A DNA stretch of 64,000 bases. Source: Promethearchaeota archaeon. Its GTDB lineage: Archaea; Asgardarchaeota; Lokiarchaeia; Sigyniarchaeales; SOKP01. The notes below the pieces were generated by a model. It did no database searches and was not told where the DNA came from. It saw nothing but the letters and a program-made list of their open reading frames with translations. The translations under genes were made by a program, and so were the position numbers. Positions 9,191-19,296 of this stretch are shown piece by piece. Each line of letters begins with the position of its first letter. Positions within the stretch are counted from its first letter, which is position 1. The stretch is from positions 64,001 to 128,000 of the forward strand of contig JAEOTP010000007.1 in the NCBI GenBank assembly GCA_016839765.1, read 5' to 3'.

Positions 9191-10369
9191 ATGAAATCAA
9201 AAGATATAATAATCGGAGTATTACTAATTATTTCAGTAGGTTTAGCTGGGGGATTAGGATTTATTTTAATTACATGGGAACCCAAAACGACAAGCCCTCC
9301 CACTTATCTTTCTGGTTTACCCGATGATTGGAGTACTGCGCCAAATTCTAGTTATTTAATTTTAAACAATCAAACTCACAGTGATATTAAAGTTTATTTC
9401 GAAGATATATTAAAAGCAATAGATACTTATCAAAATTCTCAAACAAACGCTTATGAGACTGGATTAGAAATAAAAACAATTATAGATCCAGACACTAACA
9501 TTCCTATAACCGGCTTTAGTATAACTGATTTATTTGATGAATATAATACTTACTTTCCAGGGGAGATTCATTTTCTTTCTGAGGAGGATGTGTATGGGCA
9601 AAGAAATATATTCAATACTTCTGCAAGTGATATCTTAGAAAAACTGGAGGATGGGGATGAAACCCTGATGATTGCTATCGCAGCAAATAAACAATGGTTA
9701 GCAGATTCTCCTTTAGGGGATAAGTTTGGAAATTTTACTTTAATTGGAGAAGGAATGGATGCTCGTATTTGCAATTTAGAACAAATAAATGTTCTTAGTA
9801 ATTGGACTTTAGATATCTATTTAGATGATGAGTTAAAACTTTCTTTACAACCAAATAATATAACAGATGCTTCCTATAAATATAGCTATATATATTCTTA
9901 TAATCGGTCTGATGATTGGAGTATGAATAGATATTATGCCGGAGTAAATCTATCAATGCTTTGTGACTGGGTGGGGCTTAATGACAGTGTAGATTTTGAA
10001 TTAAAGGCTTGGGCAGCTGATAACTTTGCAGCTCCTCATGGGTCATCAAAAAAACGTGGATTCACTGAAATTGAAGTTTATCATGGATTAGAATGGAATT
10101 CAACTTATTGGGATTATGTTAATTCAACAGATCCAGGTGATCCCGGAGTGCCCCTACCTGATGTATATGACGATTTACCAATTATTTTAGCATATGAACT
10201 TCAAATATTAGGGGAATATGATGGAACATCTACAGCAATAAATCCTTCTTGGCCTTCTAAAAAAATCTGTGGTTTCGGTAATGGACCATATGTATTAATG
10301 GTCCCCGGTAGAGTACGTTCATGGCAAATCAAAATGATAAATAGAATTGAAATTATTACTAATCCATAA
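9191..10369 (+). CDS. Membrane-anchored extracellular protein with two degenerate sulfite-oxidase-type molybdopterin-binding domains
   Basis: N-terminal TM; YAGVNLSML, AADNF, IILAYE, GPYVLMVPG...IKMINRIE match the Oxidored_molyb pattern. Confidence 0.65.
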   Translation: MKSKDIIIGVLLIISVGLAGGLGFILITWEPKTTSPPTYLSGLPDDWSTAPNSSYLILNNQTHSDIKVYFEDILKAIDTYQNSQTNAYETGLEIKTIIDPDTNIPITGFSITDLFDEYNTYFPGEIHFLSEEDVYGQRNIFNTSASDILEKLEDGDETLMIAIAANKQWLADSPLGDKFGNFTLIGEGMDARICNLEQINVLSNWTLDIYLDDELKLSLQPNNITDASYKYSYIYSYNRSDDWSMNRYYAGVNLSMLCDWVGLNDSVDFELKAWAADNFAAPHGSSKKRGFTEIEVYHGLEWNSTYWDYVNSTDPGDPGVPLPDVYDDLPIILAYELQILGEYDGTSTAINPSWPSKKICGFGNGPYVLMVPGRVRSWQIKMINRIEIITNP

Positions 10370-10471
10370 ATATTTTTTTAATATTGAATATTTCATCCTT
10401 TCAGTATTCATAATGGTAAGCTTAATATTTGTTATAAAATATAGACATAAACTCGAATTTAAATAAAGAAG

Positions 10472-11020
10472 ATGAAAACCAGAAATTTTTATATACTTAT
10501 ATCATCGATAATTGTTGGAATGGTAATTTTCTGGTTATTTTTATATGCAATAGTTGAATTGGATGCAGATCTATTTCAAGATCCTAACTCGGTCACAATT
10601 CGAGGAAGTGGATTAAATAGAGAAATAACTTTAACCATCACCCAATTAAAATCAGATAAATATGATCAAGTTATAGATAAAACCTATCATTTTATGGATT
10701 TTTTTGAAACAGAATATGATATAATATATTCGGGAGTGTCATTGTGGAGTATATTAGAAGAAGAAAATTTGATCTATGGAGAAATTTCAATACTTAAATT
10801 TGAATTCTGGGGAAGAGACCTTTATCATTCTCCAAAAGCCTTAAATCTGTCCATTGTGAAAGATCATCCTGAATTGGTTATTATCGCTTATGAGGAAAAC
10901 GGGGCTCCATTATTTGGAGACGGGCCATTAAGATCAGTCTTGGATCAATCAATATTGCCAGATGGAGAGTATGGTTCTCAATATTCTGTACAAATGTTAA
11001 GTGAGATCATTATAAAATAA
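10472..11020 (+). CDS. Membrane-anchored molybdopterin-binding-like domain protein (single domain)
   Basis: N-terminal TM; YSGVSLWSIL, IIAYEENGAPL..GPLRSV, SVQMLSEI motifs; no Cys. Confidence 0.72.
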   Translation: MKTRNFYILISSIIVGMVIFWLFLYAIVELDADLFQDPNSVTIRGSGLNREITLTITQLKSDKYDQVIDKTYHFMDFFETEYDIIYSGVSLWSILEEENLIYGEISILKFEFWGRDLYHSPKALNLSIVKDHPELVIIAYEENGAPLFGDGPLRSVLDQSILPDGEYGSQYSVQMLSEIIIK

Positions 11021-11036
11021 TACTGAGTTATGAATA

Positions 11037-11681
11037 ATGAAAATGAATGATAAAGAGATAGCTGAACAGAAGGAAAATAAAGAATATCAACAAAAATTCA
11101 AAGAAACTGGTTTCATTGAAAAAAAGAAAATTACCAATCTTGATCTAATATATTCCTTTATAATTGGAGTATTAGGAGGGATTATTTCCAGTTTAATTCC
11201 TTTTAGTCTCTTAATCAAAGTATGGTTTCCTTTTACGGGAGGAACTCAGTTAGTAAGTGGTCATCATGTTATTTGGGCATCAATAGTTTATGGTTTAACA
11301 AAGAAGAAACAAAACGTTTTCTTTACTATGATTTCTAAAGGATTACTTGAGTTTTTATTAGGAGATCAATTAGGTTTACTAATAATTTTCGTTAATTTCA
11401 TGGAAGCTTTCTTCTTAGTAATAGGTTTTCTTATAATGGAAAAAGTAGGTGAAGGAGAAACTAAATTAGGATGGGGGATCGCAGGAGGTTTCGGAAACAT
11501 TTTTCAAGCACCATTCATTTGGATCATCAAACAACGTTGGTTTCTTCATTGGAGTCTTTGGGCACTAGCTTTTATCTTTGCTTTTCTATCTGGTATATTT
11601 ATAGTTGGTTTATTAGGCAGAACTATAAAGAATGAATTAATAAAGGCAGGAGTTCCAATAACGTTTCAAATAGAGGTGTGA
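11037..11681 (+). CDS. ECF transporter S component
   Basis: About 6 TM, Gly-rich, C-terminal L.KAGV; immediately upstream of the ECF ATPase and T component. Confidence 0.8.
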   Translation: MKMNDKEIAEQKENKEYQQKFKETGFIEKKKITNLDLIYSFIIGVLGGIISSLIPFSLLIKVWFPFTGGTQLVSGHHVIWASIVYGLTKKKQNVFFTMISKGLLEFLLGDQLGLLIIFVNFMEAFFLVIGFLIMEKVGEGETKLGWGIAGGFGNIFQAPFIWIIKQRWFLHWSLWALAFIFAFLSGIFIVGLLGRTIKNELIKAGVPITFQIEV

Positions 11682-11688
11682 TTTTTAA

Positions 11689-13494
11689 ATTTCAAATATT
11701 GCTCTTTCTTTTGAGAACTTTTCTTTTATATACAATCAAGATAAAAAGCAAAAGCCATGTGTCTCGGATATAAACTTCCAATTAAAAGAAGGTGAGACTT
11801 TAATTTTAGCAGGTCCAAGTGGGAGCGGTAAATCTACTTTATCGTATGCCATGAATGGAATTATCCCTTGGAGACAAAAAGGTTTGGTTAAAGGAGATGT
11901 TAAAATTTATGGAAAAAGTTTCTGGGATTATTCATTTTCAGATTTATCTAAAATAGTGGGATTAGTAAAGCAAAATCCTATTGAACAATTAGTAACTTTT
12001 ACAGTAAGAGATGAAATTGCTTTTGGATTGGAAAATCTAAACTGTTCGAAACAAGAGATAGAAGCTAAAATTGAAGAGATTTCCAAACTAATGGGATTAA
12101 ATAATATTTTGGATCGTTCAGTTGAGCAATTAAGTGGGGGTCAAAAACAACTTACTATATTAAGTTCATTTTTAGTAATGAATCCCAAAATCCTTATTTT
12201 AGATGAGCCAATAGCATTTTTGGATCAACAATCTGAGAGTTTACTCCTTGATAGGTTAAAAAGTTTAATTAAATCCAAGGAGTACTCTTTAACATTAATA
12301 ATAATTGAGCATCGTTTATCTCGTGTTATTGATAGTGCAGATAAATTGGTAATTCTTGATGAAACTGGAAAAATAGCTCTAAAAGGAGACGTCACTGATA
12401 TATTACAGAACCACTTTGATGAGTTAAAATCATGTAATGTAAGAGTACCATGGTTAATTGACATCTTTGATGCTTACAGAAAAATTACCAAAAATGAATT
12501 TGTAATTGAAAATTCCATGAATTTTCAAAAATTCTTTAATTTAATATCTAAATTTGATGAAAATAACCTAAAGATTTTACAAAATATTATTGAAAATAAA
12601 GAAATACAAACAAAAGAATTACAAAAATATCAAGAATTAGAAAAAAGAATTGATATAAATGAGACTTATGTAAAGTCATTAAAAAATAAGAAGTTTAATG
12701 GAAATGAACAAGATTTTAATGATGAAATTTCAAATGAAAACAATATAATTTTAGAAACTAAGGATCTTTCCTTTAGTTATCCAAACAGCGGTGTTCAGGC
12801 TTTAAAAGGTTTATCCATAAAAATACAGAAAGGGGATTTTATTGGTCTTATTGGTCCAAATGGATCTGGTAAAACTACGCTTCTTTACTTGCTAGCTAAT
12901 TTATACAAACAAACATCTGGTGAAATTTTTTATCAGAATAAAAGATTAGATGATACTGATCCTTATAATTATGCCAAAAAAGTTGGTTTTATATTTCAAA
13001 ATCCTGAAAATATGATATTCAAATCTACAATTAAAGATGAAATCTTATACGCCCCTAGAAATTTTGGGATCTATAAAGAGTTAAGAGAGGAATACGTTAA
13101 AAAATTAATAGATTTAATCGGAAATGAGGATCCATTGAAAAATCCATATAATTTAAGTTGGGGTCAAAAAAGGCGTTTGAATTTAAGTTCTATATTTATT
13201 TATAGTCCTGAGATCATCTTATTAGATGAGCCTTTTATTGGTCAAGATCAAAAAACTATTGATTCTTTAATAGAAACGCTCTATATTGAAAACAAAAGAG
13301 GAAAAACAATAATCATTTCCTCCCATGATTATCATTTATTATTAAAGTATACAAAAAGGATTATTGAACTAAGTAAAGACGGAACACTTCAAAATTATGA
13401 TACTAAAAGTAATTATTTTATCAAACATAGTAATCTCGGACCTATTATACTCTTAAACGAGATTAATAATAAGTTAAATGAGGTTGGAATTTAA
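11689..13494 (+). CDS. ECF transporter fused double ATPase (A-A')
   Basis: Two NBDs: GPSGSGKS (upstream of the ORF-track ATG at 11851)/LSGGQ/LDEP and GPNGSGKT/LSWGQ/LDEP; start inferred at ATT 11689. Confidence 0.9.
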   Translation: MSNIALSFENFSFIYNQDKKQKPCVSDINFQLKEGETLILAGPSGSGKSTLSYAMNGIIPWRQKGLVKGDVKIYGKSFWDYSFSDLSKIVGLVKQNPIEQLVTFTVRDEIAFGLENLNCSKQEIEAKIEEISKLMGLNNILDRSVEQLSGGQKQLTILSSFLVMNPKILILDEPIAFLDQQSESLLLDRLKSLIKSKEYSLTLIIIEHRLSRVIDSADKLVILDETGKIALKGDVTDILQNHFDELKSCNVRVPWLIDIFDAYRKITKNEFVIENSMNFQKFFNLISKFDENNLKILQNIIENKEIQTKELQKYQELEKRIDINETYVKSLKNKKFNGNEQDFNDEISNENNIILETKDLSFSYPNSGVQALKGLSIKIQKGDFIGLIGPNGSGKTTLLYLLANLYKQTSGEIFYQNKRLDDTDPYNYAKKVGFIFQNPENMIFKSTIKDEILYAPRNFGIYKELREEYVKKLIDLIGNEDPLKNPYNLSWGQKRRLNLSSIFIYSPEIILLDEPFIGQDQKTIDSLIETLYIENKRGKTIIISSHDYHLLLKYTKRIIELSKDGTLQNYDTKSNYFIKHSNLGPIILLNEINNKLNEVGI

Positions 13495-14369
13495 TGAAAG
13501 ATAAGAACAAAGTGTTAGACTATAAGAAATATACATTTGCATATTTTCCTGGAAATTCACTTTTTCATAAATTAAATCCCATCTCAAAGATTATTTTTTT
13601 AATTTTTCTCACGATAATTACGTTTATAATAAAATCTTTACTTTTCTTGACTCTTCTTTTGTTTATTATTATATTATTGACATTTTTTAGTAGCATTTCT
13701 CTAAAAAATTTTCTTAGAAAAACTAGATTTATTATTCTTATTCTAATTTTTAGTGTTTTTCTTAATCTTTTTTTTAACGCTATCCCGAGCGATCAGGATA
13801 TAGTTCTATTTTATCTATTTAATTTAGATTTTTTACCTATAAGAAGATTAGCAGTATATTATGCGCTTAGAGCATTACTAATTGTTCTCACATTATATAG
13901 CTCCACAATTATTTTTAGTAATACAACTTCTGCTAAAGATTTTGTATATTCTTTAATGAAACTGAGGATTCCATACAAATATTGTTTTTCATTCATGGTT
14001 GGAATTAAATATATTCCTTCAATTGAACAAGAAGCAAAAACTATTTCCCTAGCTCAGAGAGCAAGAGGTTTTGGTTTAGAGAAAGCAAATACTATTAAGA
14101 AAGCTTACCGATTAATTTCTGAAAGATTGATGTCCACTTTAGTATCCATCCTTAGAAAAGGGCATACTACTTCTATTTCAATGGAAAATCGTTGCTTTGG
14201 ATTATATAAAAAAAGAACTAATATTACAGAAATCAAATATAAATTATTGGATATCGTTTTTATTTGTTTTTGTACTTTTTGGTTTGTATTAATTACACTA
14301 TATTTATTTAAAATTTTGCCGATACCACAATTCCCTTCCTTATATCAAATATACTTAAACCTCTTTTAA
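13494..14369 (+). CDS. ECF transporter transmembrane T component (CbiQ/EcfT)
   Basis: LHKLNP..K-like start, AQRARG and MENRCF motifs; TAATG coupling. Confidence 0.92.
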   Translation: MKDKNKVLDYKKYTFAYFPGNSLFHKLNPISKIIFLIFLTIITFIIKSLLFLTLLLFIIILLTFFSSISLKNFLRKTRFIILILIFSVFLNLFFNAIPSDQDIVLFYLFNLDFLPIRRLAVYYALRALLIVLTLYSSTIIFSNTTSAKDFVYSLMKLRIPYKYCFSFMVGIKYIPSIEQEAKTISLAQRARGFGLEKANTIKKAYRLISERLMSTLVSILRKGHTTSISMENRCFGLYKKRTNITEIKYKLLDIVFICFCTFWFVLITLYLFKILPIPQFPSLYQIYLNLF

Positions 14370-14460
14370 GAACTTTTGAATCAAACCTAAACCTATTTTA
14401 TTATTTTCAGCTTAAGATTTCAGTAGTTTAATTTTTTAGAAATGAAATATTACTTAAATT

Positions 14461-15333
14461 ATGGTCAATACCATGGCAACTGTTGAAGAAATTCAACAAA
14501 AATATGCGATTGTTGGAAGAACCGAAGAGCTGAAAAAATTAATATTAGCTCGATCTGTTGGAAAACATATTTTAATCGAAGGAGAAGTTGGAGTCGGAAA
14601 AACAACCGTTGCGCGAGCTATCTCTTCTTATTTCGATTCTGGCTTTTATAGAGTTGACTGTAATGAAGAGACTTTATCACATAATCTTGTTGGATATTGG
14701 GACCCCCCCTTAGTAATAGCAAAGGGCTATATAGAAGATTCTTATGTATTTGGGCCACTTGCTTCTGCTATGCTTAATGGAGGGTGTCTATTCATTAATG
14801 AAATAAATAGAATGCCAGAAAGCACTCAAAATTCTTTGTTAACTGCTTTGGATGAAGGAATTCTAGACATTCCTAAATTAAAAACTATTCGCGCCCATAA
14901 AGATTTCTTTGTTGTGGCAACCCAAAATCCTGCTGCTCATGTAGGTGTGACTGTTTTAGGAGAGGCTTTAAAAGATAGATTTATATGGGTTAAATTAGAT
15001 TACCAGAACCCTGAAGAAGAAATTTTAATTATAAAAAAAGAAGCAAACCTTCATGATTCGAATAGTGATAACGTGGCAAAAGTCTGCCAAAATATAATTC
15101 AAATGACACGAGAACTTACATCAATTCGTCGAGGTAGTTCAATAAGAGGTGCAATCGATCTTGCTGGATTGATTTCTAATTCTGGTAAAGAAAGTAGCAC
15201 CAAAAATTGGGTTGAAGCAGGTATTATGGCTTTATATAATAAAATCGAATTAGAAGATGGTGTAACTAGATCAAAGATAGAAATCATTACAGATATTATT
15301 CTTTCTACTTTAAATGAAGTGGATTTTCAATAA
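14461..15333 (+). CDS. MoxR-family AAA+ ATPase
   Basis: GEVGVGKT Walker A, FINEINR Walker B variant, ATQNP, ALKDRF. Confidence 0.9.
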   Translation: MVNTMATVEEIQQKYAIVGRTEELKKLILARSVGKHILIEGEVGVGKTTVARAISSYFDSGFYRVDCNEETLSHNLVGYWDPPLVIAKGYIEDSYVFGPLASAMLNGGCLFINEINRMPESTQNSLLTALDEGILDIPKLKTIRAHKDFFVVATQNPAAHVGVTVLGEALKDRFIWVKLDYQNPEEEILIIKKEANLHDSNSDNVAKVCQNIIQMTRELTSIRRGSSIRGAIDLAGLISNSGKESSTKNWVEAGIMALYNKIELEDGVTRSKIEIITDIILSTLNEVDFQ

Positions 15334-16445
15334 TCGATGATTTCTCTTCTAAAGATTCTGAAGAGATTGAGAATGAACGGTTGCACGTAAGATTAACAGA
15401 AAGGATCCCCGATAAGGATATTTTAAGATTCGAGATCATAAGAAAAAAAAAGAAAAAACCTGATTATTATCATCATTTAGCAGATTCATTGGATTATAAA
15501 CAAATTAAAGACTTAACCTTTTTAGCGATTGAATATAAAAATCTCGAAGCCATTATAGGGTTGCTTAAATCAAATGTGTACGCTGCTACAGATGCTTTAG
15601 ATTGTGATAAGGGCGTTAAATTCTTCTCGGAAAAGTCAAAAGATTCAGCAACCTCTATGGCGGAAGTTTATTTTTTCATAAGAAGACCTATCTCTGATAA
15701 ATATAAAAATGTTTTTAGGCGATTAGCCAGACAAAGTATACTAAAAACTTCTCTTAAAATAACAAGTAAAGGAATAAGAGGAAGTTACAAAAAAACAGTT
15801 CCATATTATGAGATAGGAATGCCTGAATTTGATATAGATGAAACTATACAGCATAACCCTCTAAAAATCCATCAGAGAAGTTTATCTTATAAAGATATTT
15901 ACGGTATTAAAAGAAAACAACAAAAGAGGAAAATCATTTTAATTCTTGATACGAGTGGAAGTATGTATGGAAAACTTCTTCTAAATGCTGCTTTAACGAC
16001 TTCGGTATTAGCTTATAACATGGAAAAAGAAGATTATGCAATCGTGTTATTTAACTCAACAGCCATGGTTTTAAAACATATTAATGAAAGAAAACTAATT
16101 ACAGCTATAATAGATGAGATTCTTGATTCTGAAGCAGTTGGTTTTACAAACATCCAAGTTGGCTTAGAAAAAGGATTGAAAGAATTAAGTAAAGTAAAGA
16201 AGAATCCAAGAAATCAATTTGGAATTTTAATTACAGATGGTAATTATAATCGTGGGGAAAAACCATTTGAATTGGCTAAAAAATATCCAAAATTACATGT
16301 AATAGGGATGCCCGCTGAAAATGATGCTGATAGGGGTATTGATACGTGTAAAGAGATTGCAAAAAAAGGGCGCGGCAAATTCTATGCTGTAAATGACTAT
16401 AAGGAAATTCCTAGGGCTTTAATTGAATTATTATCGAAAACATGA
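15333..16445 (+). CDS. VWA-domain protein, MoxR partner (start uncertain: ATA 15330, ATC 15333, TTG 15381, or a frameshift fusion)
   Basis: DTSGS MIDAS, FTNI, LITDG; frame is open back to 15318. Confidence 0.85.
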   Translation: MDDFSSKDSEEIENERLHVRLTERIPDKDILRFEIIRKKKKKPDYYHHLADSLDYKQIKDLTFLAIEYKNLEAIIGLLKSNVYAATDALDCDKGVKFFSEKSKDSATSMAEVYFFIRRPISDKYKNVFRRLARQSILKTSLKITSKGIRGSYKKTVPYYEIGMPEFDIDETIQHNPLKIHQRSLSYKDIYGIKRKQQKRKIILILDTSGSMYGKLLLNAALTTSVLAYNMEKEDYAIVLFNSTAMVLKHINERKLITAIIDEILDSEAVGFTNIQVGLEKGLKELSKVKKNPRNQFGILITDGNYNRGEKPFELAKKYPKLHVIGMPAENDADRGIDTCKEIAKKGRGKFYAVNDYKEIPRALIELLSKT

Positions 16446-16477
16446 TTTAATTCCTTAATAAAAATATAGTTGGAAGA

Positions 16478-16942
16478 ATGGAAAAAATAATAAGACTTGT
16501 CTCAGAAAAAGATTTCAACCTTTTAAAAGAAATGTATCTTCAAGATGTTGAAAGCCATGAGCAGAGAGCGAAGCAATTCGCTGAAGATTTAGTCCATAGG
16601 TTAAAAACAATTATTTGTGTAACTGATGGTAAATTAATAGGAACTATTTCTTGGGATACTCGAGGTGGCTTAAATGATGGTGTCATTGAACTCATCGGGT
16701 TGGGCATAACTCAAAAGTTCAGAAGACAAGGAATTGCTAAGGAATTAGTTTTGACTTTAATAGAAAAAGCAAAAGCTTTCTATAAATTGTCAGGTTATAA
16801 ATTAAGGGTTATTTACTTTTTTATGGAAAGGCAAAATAAAGGGGGTCGAGCGTTCTATAAACATATGGGATTTCGTGAAGTTTCAATTATACCAGCTTTT
16901 TATCCACATGATGATGCTGTGTTATGGATTAAATATTTCTAG
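16478..16942 (+). CDS. GNAT family N-acetyltransferase
   Basis: FRRQGIA motif A, N...RAFYKHMGF. Confidence 0.9.
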   Translation: MEKIIRLVSEKDFNLLKEMYLQDVESHEQRAKQFAEDLVHRLKTIICVTDGKLIGTISWDTRGGLNDGVIELIGLGITQKFRRQGIAKELVLTLIEKAKAFYKLSGYKLRVIYFFMERQNKGGRAFYKHMGFREVSIIPAFYPHDDAVLWIKYF

Positions 16943-17068
16943 TTTAATTTTAAATTAATTTTGAAAAAAATTCTAAATTAATATTGGAAAACAATTTTAG
17001 AAAATATAGAATTTTTTAAATTAAAAAATCTTATTTCAATAAAACACTAATTTTTAGTTGGATTAAAG

Positions 17069-17611
17069 ATGGAAAAAGATAATCTTTTAATTAGAGTAAA
17101 TATAATCGTTGGATTGATTATAATAATATTGGCAATTCTAACAATTATTTTTGCAAACATTCTCTTACTTACTTTAATGCTTCTTTTATCAATTGCCCTC
17201 TTATTCGTAGGGATAGGAAGAATTTCCAATGCATTCTTAAATGAAAAGTTGAATAAAATTGGGAAAGCGCTAAAATACTTTACAGGTATTTTAGCTATTG
17301 CTGTCAGTATTTCCATAATGATTATAACAATGATAAATCCGACGTTCTCGATTTTAATTTTAATAAATTTAGTCGGCTATACACTCCTTGCAATAGGTAT
17401 TGCCCGAATATTCGTTGGAATTATGATGGAAAAGTATTCGAAGAAGTATAGGTTCATTTTAATCATAGTTGGTATTGCTAGTTTAATATTTGCATTTTTA
17501 GTTGTTATTTTCCCAACATTCGGTTATTTCGTAATAGTGATTTTATTGTCTCTATCATTACTATTCAATGGTTTTGCAAGAATATCATATGCTTTATCAA
17601 AGATAAAGTAA
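17069..17611 (+). CDS. DUF308/HdeD-like membrane protein
   Basis: Six TM segments in three GI.RI repeats. Confidence 0.75.
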   Translation: MEKDNLLIRVNIIVGLIIIILAILTIIFANILLLTLMLLLSIALLFVGIGRISNAFLNEKLNKIGKALKYFTGILAIAVSISIMIITMINPTFSILILINLVGYTLLAIGIARIFVGIMMEKYSKKYRFILIIVGIASLIFAFLVVIFPTFGYFVIVILLSLSLLFNGFARISYALSKIK

Positions 17612-17645
17612 AAATTAATTTTAGAAAAAATTATTTCTAAATAAC

Positions 17646-17949
17646 CTAATTTTTCTTCTTTTTCTTTTATTTCTGTTATTGATGCTTCACAATTTAAAGG
17701 TGGTGCCCATTGAACTTTAATTATTTTAATAGCTAATCTTTAAGCTTCCAAAATTCTGATTTCTTTCTTAAACTTAAAAAATCCTTTATGAAATTCATTT
17801 TCGCTCATAATATTCTTTATATGATTAATAATCTCAGAATTCGTATGTTTTTTTTGTATTACTTAAGGTAATTTTAAACCTATACTATATAGGAAATTCG
17901 TAATATTCGATATTGATAAGTCCTCTAGGTCATAGCGGTATTTTTTATA
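17646..17949 (-). pseudogene. Possible decayed ORF
   Basis: One frame reads about 100 protein-like codons interrupted by two in-frame TAA; no start or family recognised. Confidence 0.25.
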
Positions 17950-18101
17950 AAAAAAAGAAGCGATAAATAGATTATCTTAAGAATATTTTAGAGCAATAAG
18001 ATTTTAACGTAGTTTTTCCACAAAGTTTTTTATATATTCTAAAATTTTTTATTATTTGAATATAAATTTAATTAAAATCAATATTCCTATGATTTATTAA
18101 A

Positions 18102-19091
18102 ATGAGCCAGATTCAGATAAATCTTCCTAATGAACCGAAGACCCTTACAGAATCCTTAATAACTGCTTTAAATGAGAGACTTAACATTAAAAATATGATT
18201 TTATTAGAAGGAAATAACAATTCACTAGTCATTATTCGCTGCCAAAAGGATTCGGTTGCTAGAGTACTAGAAGTACTGAACGCATTAGGAATAGGAATTA
18301 AATATGGGATAATAGATATCTTAAAATTACAAGTAACGATTCCAGAGTTAAAAGAGGAAGAATTAGATGTTTCCGAAGAGCTTTCGAGCAGAGTATCTGT
18401 AGAAGAAATCGAATCCACAATAAAAGAAGGAATGGAATTAAATATAGAGTTTTATCTCTTTATTATGATTGCTGCTTTCATCGCAGGGGCAGGACTTATT
18501 TTAAATTCTGCTGCTGTTATTATCGGGTCAATGATTATATCTCCATTAATGGGACCGATTCTTGGTGTTTCATATGGAATGATAAGTAAAAATTATATCT
18601 TAGTTAAAAAGGGAATACTCGGACAATTGCTAAGTGTTATTATCGCAATAGGAATTGGAGTTTTACTGGCAAGCTTAGCTTTCCTTATTTATAGTTCACC
18701 CTCCATAACAAATGAGATGATGAGTAGAAATTTTCCAACGATTTTTGATTTAATCGTTTCTATCGGTGCCGGCTTAGCTGTAGGTTTTGCTATCTCGGGT
18801 AAAATACAATCTTCTTTGGTAGGGATCGCTATTGCGGTATCGTTAATGCCTCCTGCCGTTAATATTGGAGTAACACTAATTTACGGAAATTTACTTTTGT
18901 CATTTGGAAGTTTTGTCCTTTTAATGTCAAATATTCTTGCGATTAATTTAATGGCAATTTTAATATTTAAACTTAAAAAAATAAAAATTTTGGAAAAAAA
19001 ATACCTTTTCTGGAAGGGTCCTGAGGAAAAGCCGGGTCAATTAAGTTTGGGTGTAAAAATAGTTAAAAAAAAACCTAAAAAGGCTAAATAA
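18102..19091 (+). CDS. TIGR00341/DUF389 membrane protein
   Basis: NSAAVIIGSMIISPLMGP and GIAIAVSLMPP motifs. Confidence 0.88.
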   Translation: MSQIQINLPNEPKTLTESLITALNERLNIKNMILLEGNNNSLVIIRCQKDSVARVLEVLNALGIGIKYGIIDILKLQVTIPELKEEELDVSEELSSRVSVEEIESTIKEGMELNIEFYLFIMIAAFIAGAGLILNSAAVIIGSMIISPLMGPILGVSYGMISKNYILVKKGILGQLLSVIIAIGIGVLLASLAFLIYSSPSITNEMMSRNFPTIFDLIVSIGAGLAVGFAISGKIQSSLVGIAIAVSLMPPAVNIGVTLIYGNLLLSFGSFVLLMSNILAINLMAILIFKLKKIKILEKKYLFWKGPEEKPGQLSLGVKIVKKKPKKAK

Positions 19092-19296
19092 GAACTGCAG
19101 AGGAAACAATTAGATTTAGATAAACTATTATCGATTCTGCATTCATTTTGAATCACCATTTTTAGAAATTATCCTTTAATACTATTTAATATACTTTTCA
19201 TAATAGATTTATAAATTTATTTTTATATGCATAACATATAAATTAAACTTCTTTCTAACTACCTAAATACCAATAAAAATAATAGGTGATTTTGTA

